From an uncultured virus (IMG/VR IMGVR_UViG_3300042466_001016) (lineage: Duplodnaviria; Heunggongvirae; Uroviricota; Caudoviricetes), in IMG/VR virus record IMGVR_UViG_3300042466_001016: a stretch of 64,000 bases of DNA, one strand, 5' to 3'. Under the pieces are notes generated by a model that did no database searches, was not told where the DNA came from, and saw only the letters and a program-made list of their open reading frames with translations. A program made the translations under genes and the position numbers. Shown here piece after piece: positions 34,492 to 45,226 of the stretch. The stretch's first letter is position 1; each line of letters opens with the position of its first letter.

Positions 34492-35913
34492 CTAGTAGGA
34501 ATTTATTGCATTTGTTTGGATTATTATTGGTATTATGTCACTATACGCTGTAGATGTTATCACATCACCACAAATTGTTACATAATTTTTTTGATTTTTT
34601 ATTCTGTAATATAAATAAGTACCCACTGAACCAGAAGCAACAAATGTGTCATAATAATCTGTTTTACCAACCACATAATCTTGTGAACTAGAGCTATATA
34701 ATGTTGAAAAACTGGAACCACTGCTTATTTCTAACGTATACGTACCATTTATAAGTTGTGGTGCTTTTACTGACCATGAAACCACTGGATTGTTGGTCAA
34801 AAGACCATTGATTACTGAAACAGATGGAAAATATACCAGTGTTATTATATCACCAACCACCAAATTTCCTTGTAATATAATTCTTTTATCGTTTGATATT
34901 GACTGATAATAGTCAACACCATTGGCTAGTGTTACCCCGTTTATCATTACAAGAATTGAACCACCAGTTTCTGGTGAAACGCTTGCATAAATTTCATATT
35001 TTCCTTGTGTTGTGTTATAATAAGCTTGATTTGTACCTTGGTTATCAGTCGCACCACTTGAAATTGTAGAAGTTATGTTAATATTATCACTTGTTAATGT
35101 ATTTCCACCACTTGTTGTATAAATTATTGTAACAATATCACCTTTTACGGTTGAATCAACCATTGTAATAACACTTCCACTTATTGTGTAATCATAATTA
35201 AGAGCCAAAACCAACCCATTCAATGTCAAAACAAAATCACCTACTATACCAAAATTAATAATAAAGTTTTTTTGTCCTTCAGTTGGTATAATAACTTGTT
35301 GAAATAATTTACTAGCTAAAGGTGTATTGCTACCACTATTTAATAATTTAGGTGTATCGGCCTCGGTCATAGCTATAAAATAAAAATCTAAATCATTATC
35401 ATATAAACCATATTCTTTTCCACTTCTATAAGTAATGGTATTCACCGTTTTACCTAGTAAATTTAAAAAATTTGTACAGGCACTAAATTGATAGTAACCT
35501 TTAATCAAATATTCACCATCCAACCCTAATTTACTAATAGCTACATTTTCTGACACCACACTAGTACCACTGAAACCAGAATAATTAAAGATACTAGATT
35601 GATATACTGGTGGCAACGCAAAACTACTAGCATTTGAGTTGTATTTATAAATTTCATAATTAAAAGTAGCACTATTTGCTGTAAACGAATTGGTGTTGCC
35701 AGTAAAATAAAATGATAAAGGAATTGTGGTTGCTGTAGAAACAACATACGTAGTACCAGTTGTACCAGTGCAATCTATTTTAGACGCACCACTCATTGTG
35801 AATAAAGGCGCACCAAAAATACAAACATCAGAACTCATGTTGACATTTAGAATGTCTTTGTTTCTAACAGCACTATTGTCATTTTGTATGTATATTGGTT
35901 CTTGGTACCTCAT
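34492..35913 (-). CDS. Virion structural protein, beta-rich
   Basis: Repeated [LI]NG.[VT]L...DY..S...GDI[VI]T..Y modules, FN3-like end (YYRIKN); T/S-rich. Confidence 0.65.
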   Translation of the reverse strand: MRYQEPIYIQNDNSAVRNKDILNVNMSSDVCIFGAPLFTMSGASKIDCTGTTGTTYVVSTATTIPLSFYFTGNTNSFTANSATFNYEIYKYNSNASSFALPPVYQSSIFNYSGFSGTSVVSENVAISKLGLDGEYLIKGYYQFSACTNFLNLLGKTVNTITYRSGKEYGLYDNDLDFYFIAMTEADTPKLLNSGSNTPLASKLFQQVIIPTEGQKNFIINFGIVGDFVLTLNGLVLALNYDYTISGSVITMVDSTVKGDIVTIIYTTSGGNTLTSDNINITSTISSGATDNQGTNQAYYNTTQGKYEIYASVSPETGGSILVMINGVTLANGVDYYQSISNDKRIILQGNLVVGDIITLVYFPSVSVINGLLTNNPVVSWSVKAPQLINGTYTLEISSGSSFSTLYSSSSQDYVVGKTDYYDTFVASGSVGTYLYYRIKNQKNYVTICGDVITSTAYSDIIPIIIQTNAINSY

Positions 35914-36155
35914 TAGTAATCTATATTTAACGTTTTAAGTTGTAAATTATATTTGTTTTTTAATCCATATGGGTATGGTTGTGTTAATTCAGACGTATGT
36001 TCTGTTTTAGAAAAATTTTGTAAATACGCAACAAAACCACCCATATTGATATAATCTTCTTCTTGTAATTCACCAATGACAGATTTAACCAAAATAACAT
36101 CGTTTGCTATGTCGTTGGTTAAGTCTGATTCTATTTTTTTAATTAATTGTGGCAT
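35913..36155 (-). CDS. Hypothetical protein in structural operon
   Basis: 80-aa ORF coupled to next gene. Confidence 0.65.
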   Translation of the reverse strand: MPQLIKKIESDLTNDIANDVILVKSVIGELQEEDYINMGGFVAYLQNFSKTEHTSELTQPYPYGLKNKYNLQLKTLNIDY

Positions 36156-36160
36156 ATTTA

Positions 36161-36943
36161 TTATGATTTTCTGAATAACGCCCCACCAGTTGTTGTGACT
36201 GTGTAAACCCCACCACTTGGTAATGTTGCATCAGCAGAAGCAGCAACATGACTAACATAATCTCTTACAGTTGTTAATACAAGGGTTGGTACATAAACAG
36301 TATTAAGTTCAGTACCAGTTATGTTATTACCCAAAACAATAGTTGTTGTGCCAGATGCTGTTGAGCCAATACCATGAACAAAACTATAAGCACCAGAAGC
36401 TGTTGAACCAGAACCAGAAGCTATTGAACCAAGACCAGAAGCTATTGTACGGTTACCTTGGGCATGGCTAGCATTACTACTAGCAATTGTTAAAAAACCT
36501 TCAGCATGGCTTGCTGTACCACCAGCTGTTGTTTGGTTACCTTCAGCGTGGCTTGAAGTTCCAGAAGCGGTTGTAGCATAACCTTCAGCATGACTTGCAA
36601 AACCAGAAGCTGTAGTAAAATAACCTTCAGCGTGGCTTGAAGTTCCAGAAGCGGTTGTTTTAGAACCTTCAGCATGACTTGCAAAACCAGAAGCGGTTGT
36701 TCCAGACCCCTCAGCAATTGAGTAATCACCTGTTGCGTTCAATCCAGTTCCATTATTGGCCTTTATTGAATTGGTACCTGTTGAGCCAGATGTAAAATAA
36801 CTTGGTACTAAGTCAATAACTTTTTGTAGTGTCATTTTATATGAACTACCAGCTGCATTTTGTGATGTATCTGTAGGTCTCACAACGTGAATCAAATCTG
36901 TAGTGGTTGCTGCTGAATATTCTATTCTATCTGTTAATTTCAT
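36161..36943 (-). CDS. Tail fibre/adhesin with YadA-head-like 14-aa repeats
   Basis: About nine T[TI]ASG..SHAEG-type repeats. Confidence 0.75.
   Translation of the reverse strand: MKLTDRIEYSAATTTDLIHVVRPTDTSQNAAGSSYKMTLQKVIDLVPSYFTSGSTGTNSIKANNGTGLNATGDYSIAEGSGTTASGFASHAEGSKTTASGTSSHAEGYFTTASGFASHAEGYATTASGTSSHAEGNQTTAGGTASHAEGFLTIASSNASHAQGNRTIASGLGSIASGSGSTASGAYSFVHGIGSTASGTTTIVLGNNITGTELNTVYVPTLVLTTVRDYVSHVAASADATLPSGGVYTVTTTGGALFRKS
36539..36694. repeat. Near-exact 84-bp tandem duplication within the 42-bp repeat array
   Basis: 36539-36574 equals 36623-36658 and 36580-36610 equals 36664-36694. Confidence 0.85.
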
Positions 36944-37010
36944 GTTTTTTGTTTATTTATAAATATCTATTATGGCGTTAAATTATCCATTTATTATAGT
37001 ATTGTTTTTA

Positions 37011-39422
37011 TTATTGTTGTGGTATGTTAAATTCTGTTGTTATTGAACAACAATTGGCATCAATAACTGTTACTGAATAATCACCTACGCTTACAAATGA
37101 TGTTGTTTGAGATGTATCACCGTTGCTCCATTCAAAAATAACTGGTGTTGCAGCACCAATTAAATTGGCCGTTGCTATTAAACCTTCTAAAGAAACTGAT
37201 ACCTGTAATGTACACTCACTAATAGCTGGACCATCTAAATTACTACAAACAGTTGACCCCATGATGCTAACAGTACCAATGAATTCAGAACCAGAATTCA
37301 TTTGAGCAATCCAAACTTTATCACATACGATAGGTGGTGAACTTGTTACACATGTTTTTCCTGTTGTTGGTAAGGTCAATGTAGTCATTGATACATCAAC
37401 TGTTTCAAATTCACCTATATTTGTATTGATAGGGTTCAAGACATTATCACCGTAAAAAGGGTTACTACATAATAATGTTGAATAAGACTTGTATTTGAAT
37501 TTTTGTTGGTCAAATATTGTATTTGAATAAACCTTAACACTACCCCAAAGTGTTGTTGAAGGTATTACTTGTTCAATAATATCAACCCAATAATCACCAA
37601 CCAAATTAGCAAATTGGTCTATAGTTAAATAATCAAAAGCTGAACTCTTGGTACCACAAAAATCTAAACTACTCAAATATCTATCATACAAAGCTCTAAG
37701 CGTTGGATAACCAGAGATTGTTTGTCTATTTTTGACATCAATCAACTCTGAAGTAAGATAATATTCAAAATCCTCAACAACTGTAACCGCTGATAAAGGT
37801 TGGGTTAATAATGAGTTAAAATCCAGACGATTGTCACCACAACAATCATTTGTGTATGCTGACCCAGAGTATGTACCATCCATGAAAATATAAGGATTAC
37901 CATCCATGAATTCAAAACATTCATTATCTTGAAAAGACTTATATTGACAATCACCACATGGGTCACAATTTGTAACACCAGTCAATAAACATGGGTTATC
38001 AACCACATAACACCACACATCTGTTTCAATTGCAGATGCCAAACTAATATCTAAATCAATTTCTTTAGAGTTAAGAACCAAACGTTCATCTTCTACATTA
38101 TAATTTGTTTGACGGATAGCATTTGAACCATTGTTATTGGTTATTTTAAAATCTCTGTTTGTAAGAACATCTTTTTTTATCCATGATTTTTTATTATCAC
38201 GAAGTTTTTCGATTTCAAACCCTGGTGAACTTGTTACAAATATATTTGTTTCTTTTACTGATGTACATGATTTGTTAAACACTATATTATCAAGCAATAT
38301 ACAAATGTTTGAACATGTATGGTTAATCTTTAAACTAACTTTTATTTTTTTATTAGCTATAAGGTCAATGATATTTGGGTCGGTTATTGACGTGTTAAAT
38401 TTTAACCAATTAGAGGCAAATATATTATTGGATAAACTATTTGAAAAAGTCGTGCTAAAGCTAGTACAATCATCTGTAGTTGCACTTAAACCAGACTCTT
38501 CATACAATGATTGAACTAGACCATCTAATATGTTTGAACAATCAGTGTTGTTGATAGTTGGCAAACCAGTCAAATTCAAATTTAATGGTATACATGGGTC
38601 ACCACCACATACATAAAAACCACTATTTGGGTTATTTGTCAAGTATGTATATAAATTACCGCTACCTATTGCTGGGTGAAAGTCATTATTTTCATAAACT
38701 GTTTCCAAGGTATTTGCACTAGTAACTATGTCCAATGTCATAGAAACATCCAATGACTCAAAAAAATCAATTGGTTTTGAACAAGTGATTGTTTGTGTTG
38801 TCGCACTAGTATTTAAATTGGTTAGTAAAAGATTTAAAGATTGTAAAATTGATTCACATTCTTGTTGAAGGGTGGTTTGTTCTGACAAAGACATTGTAAG
38901 TTCATCAATATTATCAATTTGTGGTTGATTTAGTTGATTTTGGTAATAACTTATTTTATTAGCTATTGTTTCACATTCAACAATTTGTTGTTCAATTTGT
39001 ATTTGTAACGCTGTTATTTGACTTTGTATGTTTGGGTCGGTTATTGATTGATAAGATACCGAATCACCCAACAACATATTTGATAAGGTTTCACATTTTA
39101 CTTTGAATAAATAATCAAAATCAATATCTAAAACACATGTTTCACCAGAAAAACTAGGAACTTCAAATATATTTCCATCGTTACCTTTAGGGTTTAGAAT
39201 TACCTTGAAGACATTCTCAATATCACACTTCTGTTTTTCAGACCACAGACATTCTTGTGTGTTTACGTCAAAAATATACCTAGGATTTAAAGCTAAACAA
39301 CAGTATTTGGTGGCAACAAGGGGTATAAACCCTCCAAGGCTATTTGGCCTAAAAACGGACACGGTACCGTCTAGGTTTTCAACAACCTTTGGATTTACAT
39401 AACAACTTGTGTTTGATGGCAT
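37011..39422 (-). CDS. Large Cys-rich virion (baseplate-region) protein
   Basis: 803 aa, coiled coil, WVDIIEQVIPSTTLW, C-terminal SprB/PKD-like FEWSNG..GDYSVTVIDANCC. Confidence 0.65.
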   Translation of the reverse strand: MPSNTSCYVNPKVVENLDGTVSVFRPNSLGGFIPLVATKYCCLALNPRYIFDVNTQECLWSEKQKCDIENVFKVILNPKGNDGNIFEVPSFSGETCVLDIDFDYLFKVKCETLSNMLLGDSVSYQSITDPNIQSQITALQIQIEQQIVECETIANKISYYQNQLNQPQIDNIDELTMSLSEQTTLQQECESILQSLNLLLTNLNTSATTQTITCSKPIDFFESLDVSMTLDIVTSANTLETVYENNDFHPAIGSGNLYTYLTNNPNSGFYVCGGDPCIPLNLNLTGLPTINNTDCSNILDGLVQSLYEESGLSATTDDCTSFSTTFSNSLSNNIFASNWLKFNTSITDPNIIDLIANKKIKVSLKINHTCSNICILLDNIVFNKSCTSVKETNIFVTSSPGFEIEKLRDNKKSWIKKDVLTNRDFKITNNNGSNAIRQTNYNVEDERLVLNSKEIDLDISLASAIETDVWCYVVDNPCLLTGVTNCDPCGDCQYKSFQDNECFEFMDGNPYIFMDGTYSGSAYTNDCCGDNRLDFNSLLTQPLSAVTVVEDFEYYLTSELIDVKNRQTISGYPTLRALYDRYLSSLDFCGTKSSAFDYLTIDQFANLVGDYWVDIIEQVIPSTTLWGSVKVYSNTIFDQQKFKYKSYSTLLCSNPFYGDNVLNPINTNIGEFETVDVSMTTLTLPTTGKTCVTSSPPIVCDKVWIAQMNSGSEFIGTVSIMGSTVCSNLDGPAISECTLQVSVSLEGLIATANLIGAATPVIFEWSNGDTSQTTSFVSVGDYSVTVIDANCCSITTEFNIPQQ

Positions 39423-39475
39423 ACTACTAATTTTTTATTTATAAATATTGTTTATCTTTTTTTATGTATAATAAT

Positions 39476-42187
39476 TTAATTACCTATTTTTGTTGGTGGG
39501 ACTGGTGGGACTGGTGGTTTTGATGATTTTGGTGGATTAAAACAAGATGTTTTACCTGTTACCCTATTTTGATAAAAAGTATACATATCACCAGAAGTAC
39601 CCAAAGCCAAATCACTTAAACCAGCCGTTGTTAATTGACAACCATAACCTATTTGACCATTGTATGGGTCAACAACATTAGGAACACGTGTTGTATAGCT
39701 AGCGTTGCAATTACAACCATCTGGTGATACGACTGCCATCGTACCATCTGGTTTTATAAATTGCAAATAAGTGTTTTGTGGTCCAGTATACGTTGATGTC
39801 AATGGTGGTAATGAAATAGAAATAGTATCCATCATCCATTTACACGCAATTGTACAACCACATTTACCAGTTTTATCACAACATGCATAACCAGTATTTG
39901 TAACAACACCATCAGTTGTTTCATCATAAAGAAACGGAACACCACCATTTAATGTACAACATTCTTTTGGTGTATAATAACTTGTGTTATATATTGGACC
40001 ACTTTGATTTGAATATATAGTACCATCAGTTTTATATTGATAATAATTGAATACGTAAAGACCTATAGTTGTATCATCAATTGGGATAGTAGCTAACGAA
40101 TCACCACAAGGGTTAGGTTGTATAGATTTAGGGCTTTTGTCGATACAAAGACTTAAAATATTATCACTAGTTGGCGTTTCACAACCACAATCATTTAATA
40201 CTGGTGTTGGATTAGGGTCCAATTCAATAGATGGTGTAAATACAATACAATCGTTGATATTGATACCGTTTTCGCTAAGAATAGATACCGTATCAACTGT
40301 AGTTTCTGTTGACACACCATTATTAAAGCTACCAGAATCATAATTTGTGTATAAATTTTGAGTATTGACGGTTGTTTCTATAGAACTAACAGTAACTGGT
40401 AAAAAATTAGGTATAAGACTTTTAAACTGATTAAAATACTTGTACCCACCGTCATAAGGACCAACATGTGGGTTGTTGCCAGTTAATATATCTATTGTTG
40501 AATTGGAACCACCTGTTTCTCTATACCAAAGACCATCATTTTGAAAATACATATTTACCGTATCAGCCAAAGGTCTTGGGTAACCTTCAGAATCTATAGG
40601 GTAAAAGGATATGTCATCGTTTAAACCATTAAGTCTTAACACCTCTCTAAATAAATCAACATTTATTGGTCCTTCAGCTTTATAAACATATTCATTAAAA
40701 TTTACCAAACCTTTAGGTGCACCAATAAATCTAAGCAAGAATTCAATTGATTTACGAGCACCTTTTGATTTCCATAACCATGGTGAATTTAAGATGATTC
40801 TTCTCCAAAGTTCTATGTCTGCTTCAACAGCTGTTAACCCAACGGATTGACCGCTGTAAGTGGATGGTCTTGTTGTAACATAATTTGCCAATAAATCATT
40901 TTCTAACACTGAGGATACCAAATCCCAACCCAATACTCTAGCCAAATCTTTCAAATAAACATCTGGTGTGTTATCTTCTTTATCGTAACTTACTGTATTT
41001 GCAAACTGAATCCCAGAAATAAATTTATTTATTTCATCAAATTCAACTCCATATAATTGAAGTGTTTTGTTCATTTTTTGACCAGTAGTGTCTTCATCTG
41101 ATGAAGATACATATACTGGTGTTGTGTCAAATTGAGTTATAGATTCTGATACCAAAAATCTATTCATCAAGTTACTAGATACCAAATCATTTGATGATGA
41201 TAATTCAAATAAACTAGATGCATATGTGTTATAATCTGTTGTGTTAAAATCAATATTATACCCATCTGATACTGGCCACGTTAAAGTCTTAGACGTATAT
41301 AAAATAACACCTTGTTCTGTTTTTATAGGGTATTTGAAGACGGCTGTATATATGGGAAAAACATTTCTATTCAACAAAAAAGCCTCTAAATCTGGTAAAG
41401 TATTAAAGAATTTGTCTGAATTAAGTTTACTGGGTTTAATGTGATAATAATTAACTGAATCACTTACACCAGAAAATGGGTCACCTTTGACAGAAAAATA
41501 AGTGTAATCATTTGTTTCATATGTTGATGCTGTATAATTTAAAATAGGGTATTCAATTCCGTTTATTAAAACAACATAAGATTTATAATTTACAGTAAAA
41601 TTTCTTAAATCGTTTGTTGCATTAAATGTGTTTGCTATACTACCATTTGATGTGTAAATAATTTGAAACGTATTATTGATAAATGTTGTGTTTATTTTAA
41701 AATTAGCAATTTCATTTATGTTATCATAAACATAGTTTTCAGCCGTATAGCCAGTAATATTAAAACCAGAATTAGAAATAGCTATCGGTTTTAAATATAA
41801 GGATGCTGGCCAATTGATGATAATGTTTTCAAGTGCTATTCTCATATATTCACTTAAAGAACCAAATAAAGCGTAGTAATTTAAATTACTTTTATTTAAA
41901 TTAAGGAATACACCAGCATTATCAGCCAATAATGTTTTTGTTTCTTCTAAAGATACCTTTAAATCATCTAAGGTTAAAAACTCAGAAAACTTAGATGTAT
42001 TATACGTCTTGTTTAATTTAGGGTCAAAGTTTGTTGTAATAGCAAAATTACCCATTGTTAATAACGGGGTACCACCATTACTAGCTAACTGAAGACCAAC
42101 TAAATCTGGTGTAAAATTTCTATACTCAATTCCATCAGTATAAGAAACCTTTTGTGCATAACCAACTACTTTTATTCTATCTGACAT
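39476..42187 (-). CDS. Baseplate wedge/tail protein I-like large virion protein
   Basis: PDVYLKDLARVLGW, LWKSKGARKSIEFLLRFIG motifs; Cys-rich C-terminus. Confidence 0.7.
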   Translation of the reverse strand: MSDRIKVVGYAQKVSYTDGIEYRNFTPDLVGLQLASNGGTPLLTMGNFAITTNFDPKLNKTYNTSKFSEFLTLDDLKVSLEETKTLLADNAGVFLNLNKSNLNYYALFGSLSEYMRIALENIIINWPASLYLKPIAISNSGFNITGYTAENYVYDNINEIANFKINTTFINNTFQIIYTSNGSIANTFNATNDLRNFTVNYKSYVVLINGIEYPILNYTASTYETNDYTYFSVKGDPFSGVSDSVNYYHIKPSKLNSDKFFNTLPDLEAFLLNRNVFPIYTAVFKYPIKTEQGVILYTSKTLTWPVSDGYNIDFNTTDYNTYASSLFELSSSNDLVSSNLMNRFLVSESITQFDTTPVYVSSSDEDTTGQKMNKTLQLYGVEFDEINKFISGIQFANTVSYDKEDNTPDVYLKDLARVLGWDLVSSVLENDLLANYVTTRPSTYSGQSVGLTAVEADIELWRRIILNSPWLWKSKGARKSIEFLLRFIGAPKGLVNFNEYVYKAEGPINVDLFREVLRLNGLNDDISFYPIDSEGYPRPLADTVNMYFQNDGLWYRETGGSNSTIDILTGNNPHVGPYDGGYKYFNQFKSLIPNFLPVTVSSIETTVNTQNLYTNYDSGSFNNGVSTETTVDTVSILSENGININDCIVFTPSIELDPNPTPVLNDCGCETPTSDNILSLCIDKSPKSIQPNPCGDSLATIPIDDTTIGLYVFNYYQYKTDGTIYSNQSGPIYNTSYYTPKECCTLNGGVPFLYDETTDGVVTNTGYACCDKTGKCGCTIACKWMMDTISISLPPLTSTYTGPQNTYLQFIKPDGTMAVVSPDGCNCNASYTTRVPNVVDPYNGQIGYGCQLTTAGLSDLALGTSGDMYTFYQNRVTGKTSCFNPPKSSKPPVPPVPPTKIGN

Positions 42188-42419
42188 TTTCAGTTAATAA
42201 TTTATCTTCAATTTTTTCATTATAAGCTATTCTAATAAGTCTTATTTTATTATCTTCACAAAAATTATTTTTTATTTTATCTTTTTTTTGTCTATTTAAT
42301 AACCCAATTTCACCACCCCAAATTTTAAACGCTTTAAAATGTTGTATTCCATCATATTTAGACCCATGAATTAACATTGCCTTTTCGATAAAAATATTTT
42401 TTGTGTTTTGTTTACTCAT
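42177..42419 (-). pseudogene. Internally deleted homing-endonuclease remnant (DUF723-type repeat + Vsr-like nuclease end)
   Basis: FIEKAMLIHGSKYD fused directly to (Y)DGIQHF..GG...Q.KD.IK..FC..N.I.LIRI.Y; middle of the protein missing. Confidence 0.7.
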
Positions 42420-42425
42420 TTCTTA

Positions 42426-43346
42426 TTATATTGTTGTAATACTATTAAACGTTTTAGTAAAATCTATTGAGGTTCTTTGTTCTCTAACTTCAAATAATGG
42501 TTTACCGTTAAATTTATCTTTGATTTCATACAAATCATATTGTTTGTAGATATCATTATTAAAGTTGTAAATTGTATAAATACCATCTTCAAGAGATTTT
42601 GTTTGATTACCAAACAATGCAAATGCAAGTGTTTCAATATCATGTTGGACCATTTCAACTTCAATCATAATTGGATTGAAGAAAGTATTTGTTAATATTA
42701 TTTGTTGATTAGGTTGACCAATATACGGCAATGCATTTGGTTTAACATTGGCAGCTGATGACGGTGACACAGTGCAAAACGTAAGTGTTGAATTATCATT
42801 GAATCTATAACGAATAGACTTTTGGTTGCTGTTGGTTAAATTTTGATTAACAGGTTCAGACCTGTTATTAGATGTTATTACTCTAAAAAAATTATTTATC
42901 TTTGCATCTGAAGAAGGGTTAGGGTTCAAATATTCAATTCTATACCCAACCAACCCATTATTTTCAAATTTAGCTACAAAATTTTGTGGGATTGATGATA
43001 TGTCAAATAAGATACCACTGGTATCTGGAAATGCTGATAACACACCAATATCAACTATTTTGGTCCTAATTTCAATTGGTTTGATTATAATACTATAAAA
43101 ACCCTTTATACCAAAAGTTGCAACTGGTAATTTTAACGTATACATACCCCCAAAAATTTCAAACCCAGTAATGTTGGATTGAGACTTGTTTGGGTTGTCC
43201 ATTTTCATCAATACATCGTTAGAATTTAATTTAATCAATGATGTGTTGCCTATTTTATCCCTAGATGGTGTGTAATGGTAAAAAACCTCTACATCATCTG
43301 GTGTTATATCTGCTGGTCTTACTATACCATAAGTTCCTGTTGCCAT
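42426..43346 (-). CDS. Virion structural protein (hypothetical)
   Basis: 306-aa ORF in structural block. Confidence 0.7.
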   Translation of the reverse strand: MATGTYGIVRPADITPDDVEVFYHYTPSRDKIGNTSLIKLNSNDVLMKMDNPNKSQSNITGFEIFGGMYTLKLPVATFGIKGFYSIIIKPIEIRTKIVDIGVLSAFPDTSGILFDISSIPQNFVAKFENNGLVGYRIEYLNPNPSSDAKINNFFRVITSNNRSEPVNQNLTNSNQKSIRYRFNDNSTLTFCTVSPSSAANVKPNALPYIGQPNQQIILTNTFFNPIMIEVEMVQHDIETLAFALFGNQTKSLEDGIYTIYNFNNDIYKQYDLYEIKDKFNGKPLFEVREQRTSIDFTKTFNSITTI

Positions 43347-43350
43347 ATTA

Positions 43351-43476
43351 TTATATTTTTTCTTTTAAAGCTTTGATTAATACTTTTCTTTCATTATTAT
43401 TCATTGATATTATTTCACCTAAAGATAAGTGTAAATGTTTCATAAGTAAGTAGTATTCTTTGTATAATTCTTCCAT
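43351..43476 (-). CDS. Small 41-aa ORF below the ORF-track cutoff, baseplate-hub/tail assembly chaperone-like
   Basis: MEELYKEYYLLMKHLHLSLGEIISMNNNERKVLIKALKEKI fills the gap between two genes. Confidence 0.6.
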   Translation of the reverse strand: MEELYKEYYLLMKHLHLSLGEIISMNNNERKVLIKALKEKI

Positions 43477-43478
43477 TA

Positions 43479-44351
43479 TTATTTTGTCAAGTTATAAAAA
43501 CCGTTACCGTATCTACTCAACTGACCCAAATTTTTAATTTCTGAAAGTCTTAGGTGGATATCCATAACACTTGTAACCCCTCTATCAATAAATACACCGT
43601 TTTTAACTTCTGGTGAGGAAATTATTCCAAATAAATACTCTTCTTTTGTTAAAGCTGATAAAGAAACGTTGGTTTTGTTTTGACCTTCACCTACATATCT
43701 AAAATTTGATAGCTGTGTTACGTTGTTTAAATTGTTAAAATCTTCAGTTATTGTGTTGGCACTATAATCCATATATTGTAACCCATATATTTGATTAGTA
43801 GTACCCATATTTAAGTCATTTACCGTATCAAATACATATACTTTTGGGTCGCTATTAGATATAATCCGACTAACACCGTTAACTGTAACATCTTCATAGT
43901 TAATGTATGTTTCTTTTTCCATATCAAAACCTATTCTATATCTAGCTAATTGATTATAAGACCTTAAATCGTCAATTTTACTATCCGTAATCCCAGTTAT
44001 TGCTAAATTTGTATAATTATAGAAGTCAGATTCTGTTTCTGATGGTAATCTTAAAGTAAGTTTGTCTGTTTCTGTCAATCCAGTTGTTGGATATACCTCT
44101 AACCCACTCATAAATGGAAATGTATAACCACTTAAAAGTAGTTTTGATGTTAAAATTGAATAATCTACTGGTGTTGGATTGCTAGTATTAGCTGAAAAAT
44201 ATTCAATATCAGTAAATAAACCCATATCATCAACGTTTTGTGTCAAAAAAACATTGATATAGAAAGTATTGGCGGTTATCGAACCCCAATTTGGACTTTT
44301 AAATGTCCTATCTATACTGTTTTCTAATAATATTTTGCGTTTAACTACCAT
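43479..44351 (-). CDS. Virion structural protein (hypothetical)
   Basis: 290-aa ORF in coupled structural operon. Confidence 0.7.
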   Translation of the reverse strand: MVVKRKILLENSIDRTFKSPNWGSITANTFYINVFLTQNVDDMGLFTDIEYFSANTSNPTPVDYSILTSKLLLSGYTFPFMSGLEVYPTTGLTETDKLTLRLPSETESDFYNYTNLAITGITDSKIDDLRSYNQLARYRIGFDMEKETYINYEDVTVNGVSRIISNSDPKVYVFDTVNDLNMGTTNQIYGLQYMDYSANTITEDFNNLNNVTQLSNFRYVGEGQNKTNVSLSALTKEEYLFGIISSPEVKNGVFIDRGVTSVMDIHLRLSEIKNLGQLSRYGNGFYNLTK

Positions 44352-45226
44352 TACAATGCATTTATTTTATAAAGATTAACAGTAACCGTATTTTGAATAG
44401 GGTTATAAGTATATGTGACGTTATTTGTACCAGTAAAAGCGGAACTACCTTGGTATGTATCATCTATTTCATAATAATAACCAGTAGCGTTACGAACCAA
44501 TTTATACCTAGTATATAATTGATGAACTAATTCATCAATTGGTTGTGCCGTATTTCTAACCATTGTGTTGGTAGTTGTTCCAAGTTTTGCATTTTTGAAA
44601 GTGGCTCTCATATATAAATACTTAAAATCACCAATATTTAGCTCATCTTTATAATCATATATATGATATCCTTCAGCAAAACCTATAGGGTTTGTTAAAG
44701 GACTTTCTAAGATAAACCTTAATGGTATCATACTAGCTGGTTTAGGTTGGCCAGGTATACCTAACGGATATCCATATTCATAAATTTGAGTAGTTGAGTC
44801 TGGAAGAAGATTATCGCTAGTTAATTGAGAATATAGGGTGATATTGTTAACCAAAATTTGAGTCAACGGGTTGTCAGAATCATAAAAATTAAGATTAAGA
44901 AAAGTTTGTTTAAAGGCTTCAGTTTGAAATTTAATATCATCATTTGTAAAACCTATTGCACCATAGTCGGTTGCACCAAGCAAATCAACATTATAAATTA
45001 TTTTATCTATATATACACCTTGTAAATCCAACGGTAGATACCTAGCGTTGTCATAATCAATAATTGGATTGATGGCTTTTTCGGTTTCTATATTCACAAA
45101 CACTCGTTTAACCAATTCAGATTGGTCCACCAACTGAAATTCCATATTTATTGGAATATTAATAGTTGTAGCTGTGGCTCCACTTGAAAGTGTGTTTGTA
45201 TTTATTTGATAATGATTAATTAGCAT
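44351..45226 (-). CDS. Virion structural protein (hypothetical)
   Basis: 291-aa ORF, FYDS..P motif, YMRATFKNAK.G. Confidence 0.7.
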   Translation of the reverse strand: MLINHYQINTNTLSSGATATTINIPINMEFQLVDQSELVKRVFVNIETEKAINPIIDYDNARYLPLDLQGVYIDKIIYNVDLLGATDYGAIGFTNDDIKFQTEAFKQTFLNLNFYDSDNPLTQILVNNITLYSQLTSDNLLPDSTTQIYEYGYPLGIPGQPKPASMIPLRFILESPLTNPIGFAEGYHIYDYKDELNIGDFKYLYMRATFKNAKLGTTTNTMVRNTAQPIDELVHQLYTRYKLVRNATGYYYEIDDTYQGSSAFTGTNNVTYTYNPIQNTVTVNLYKINAL

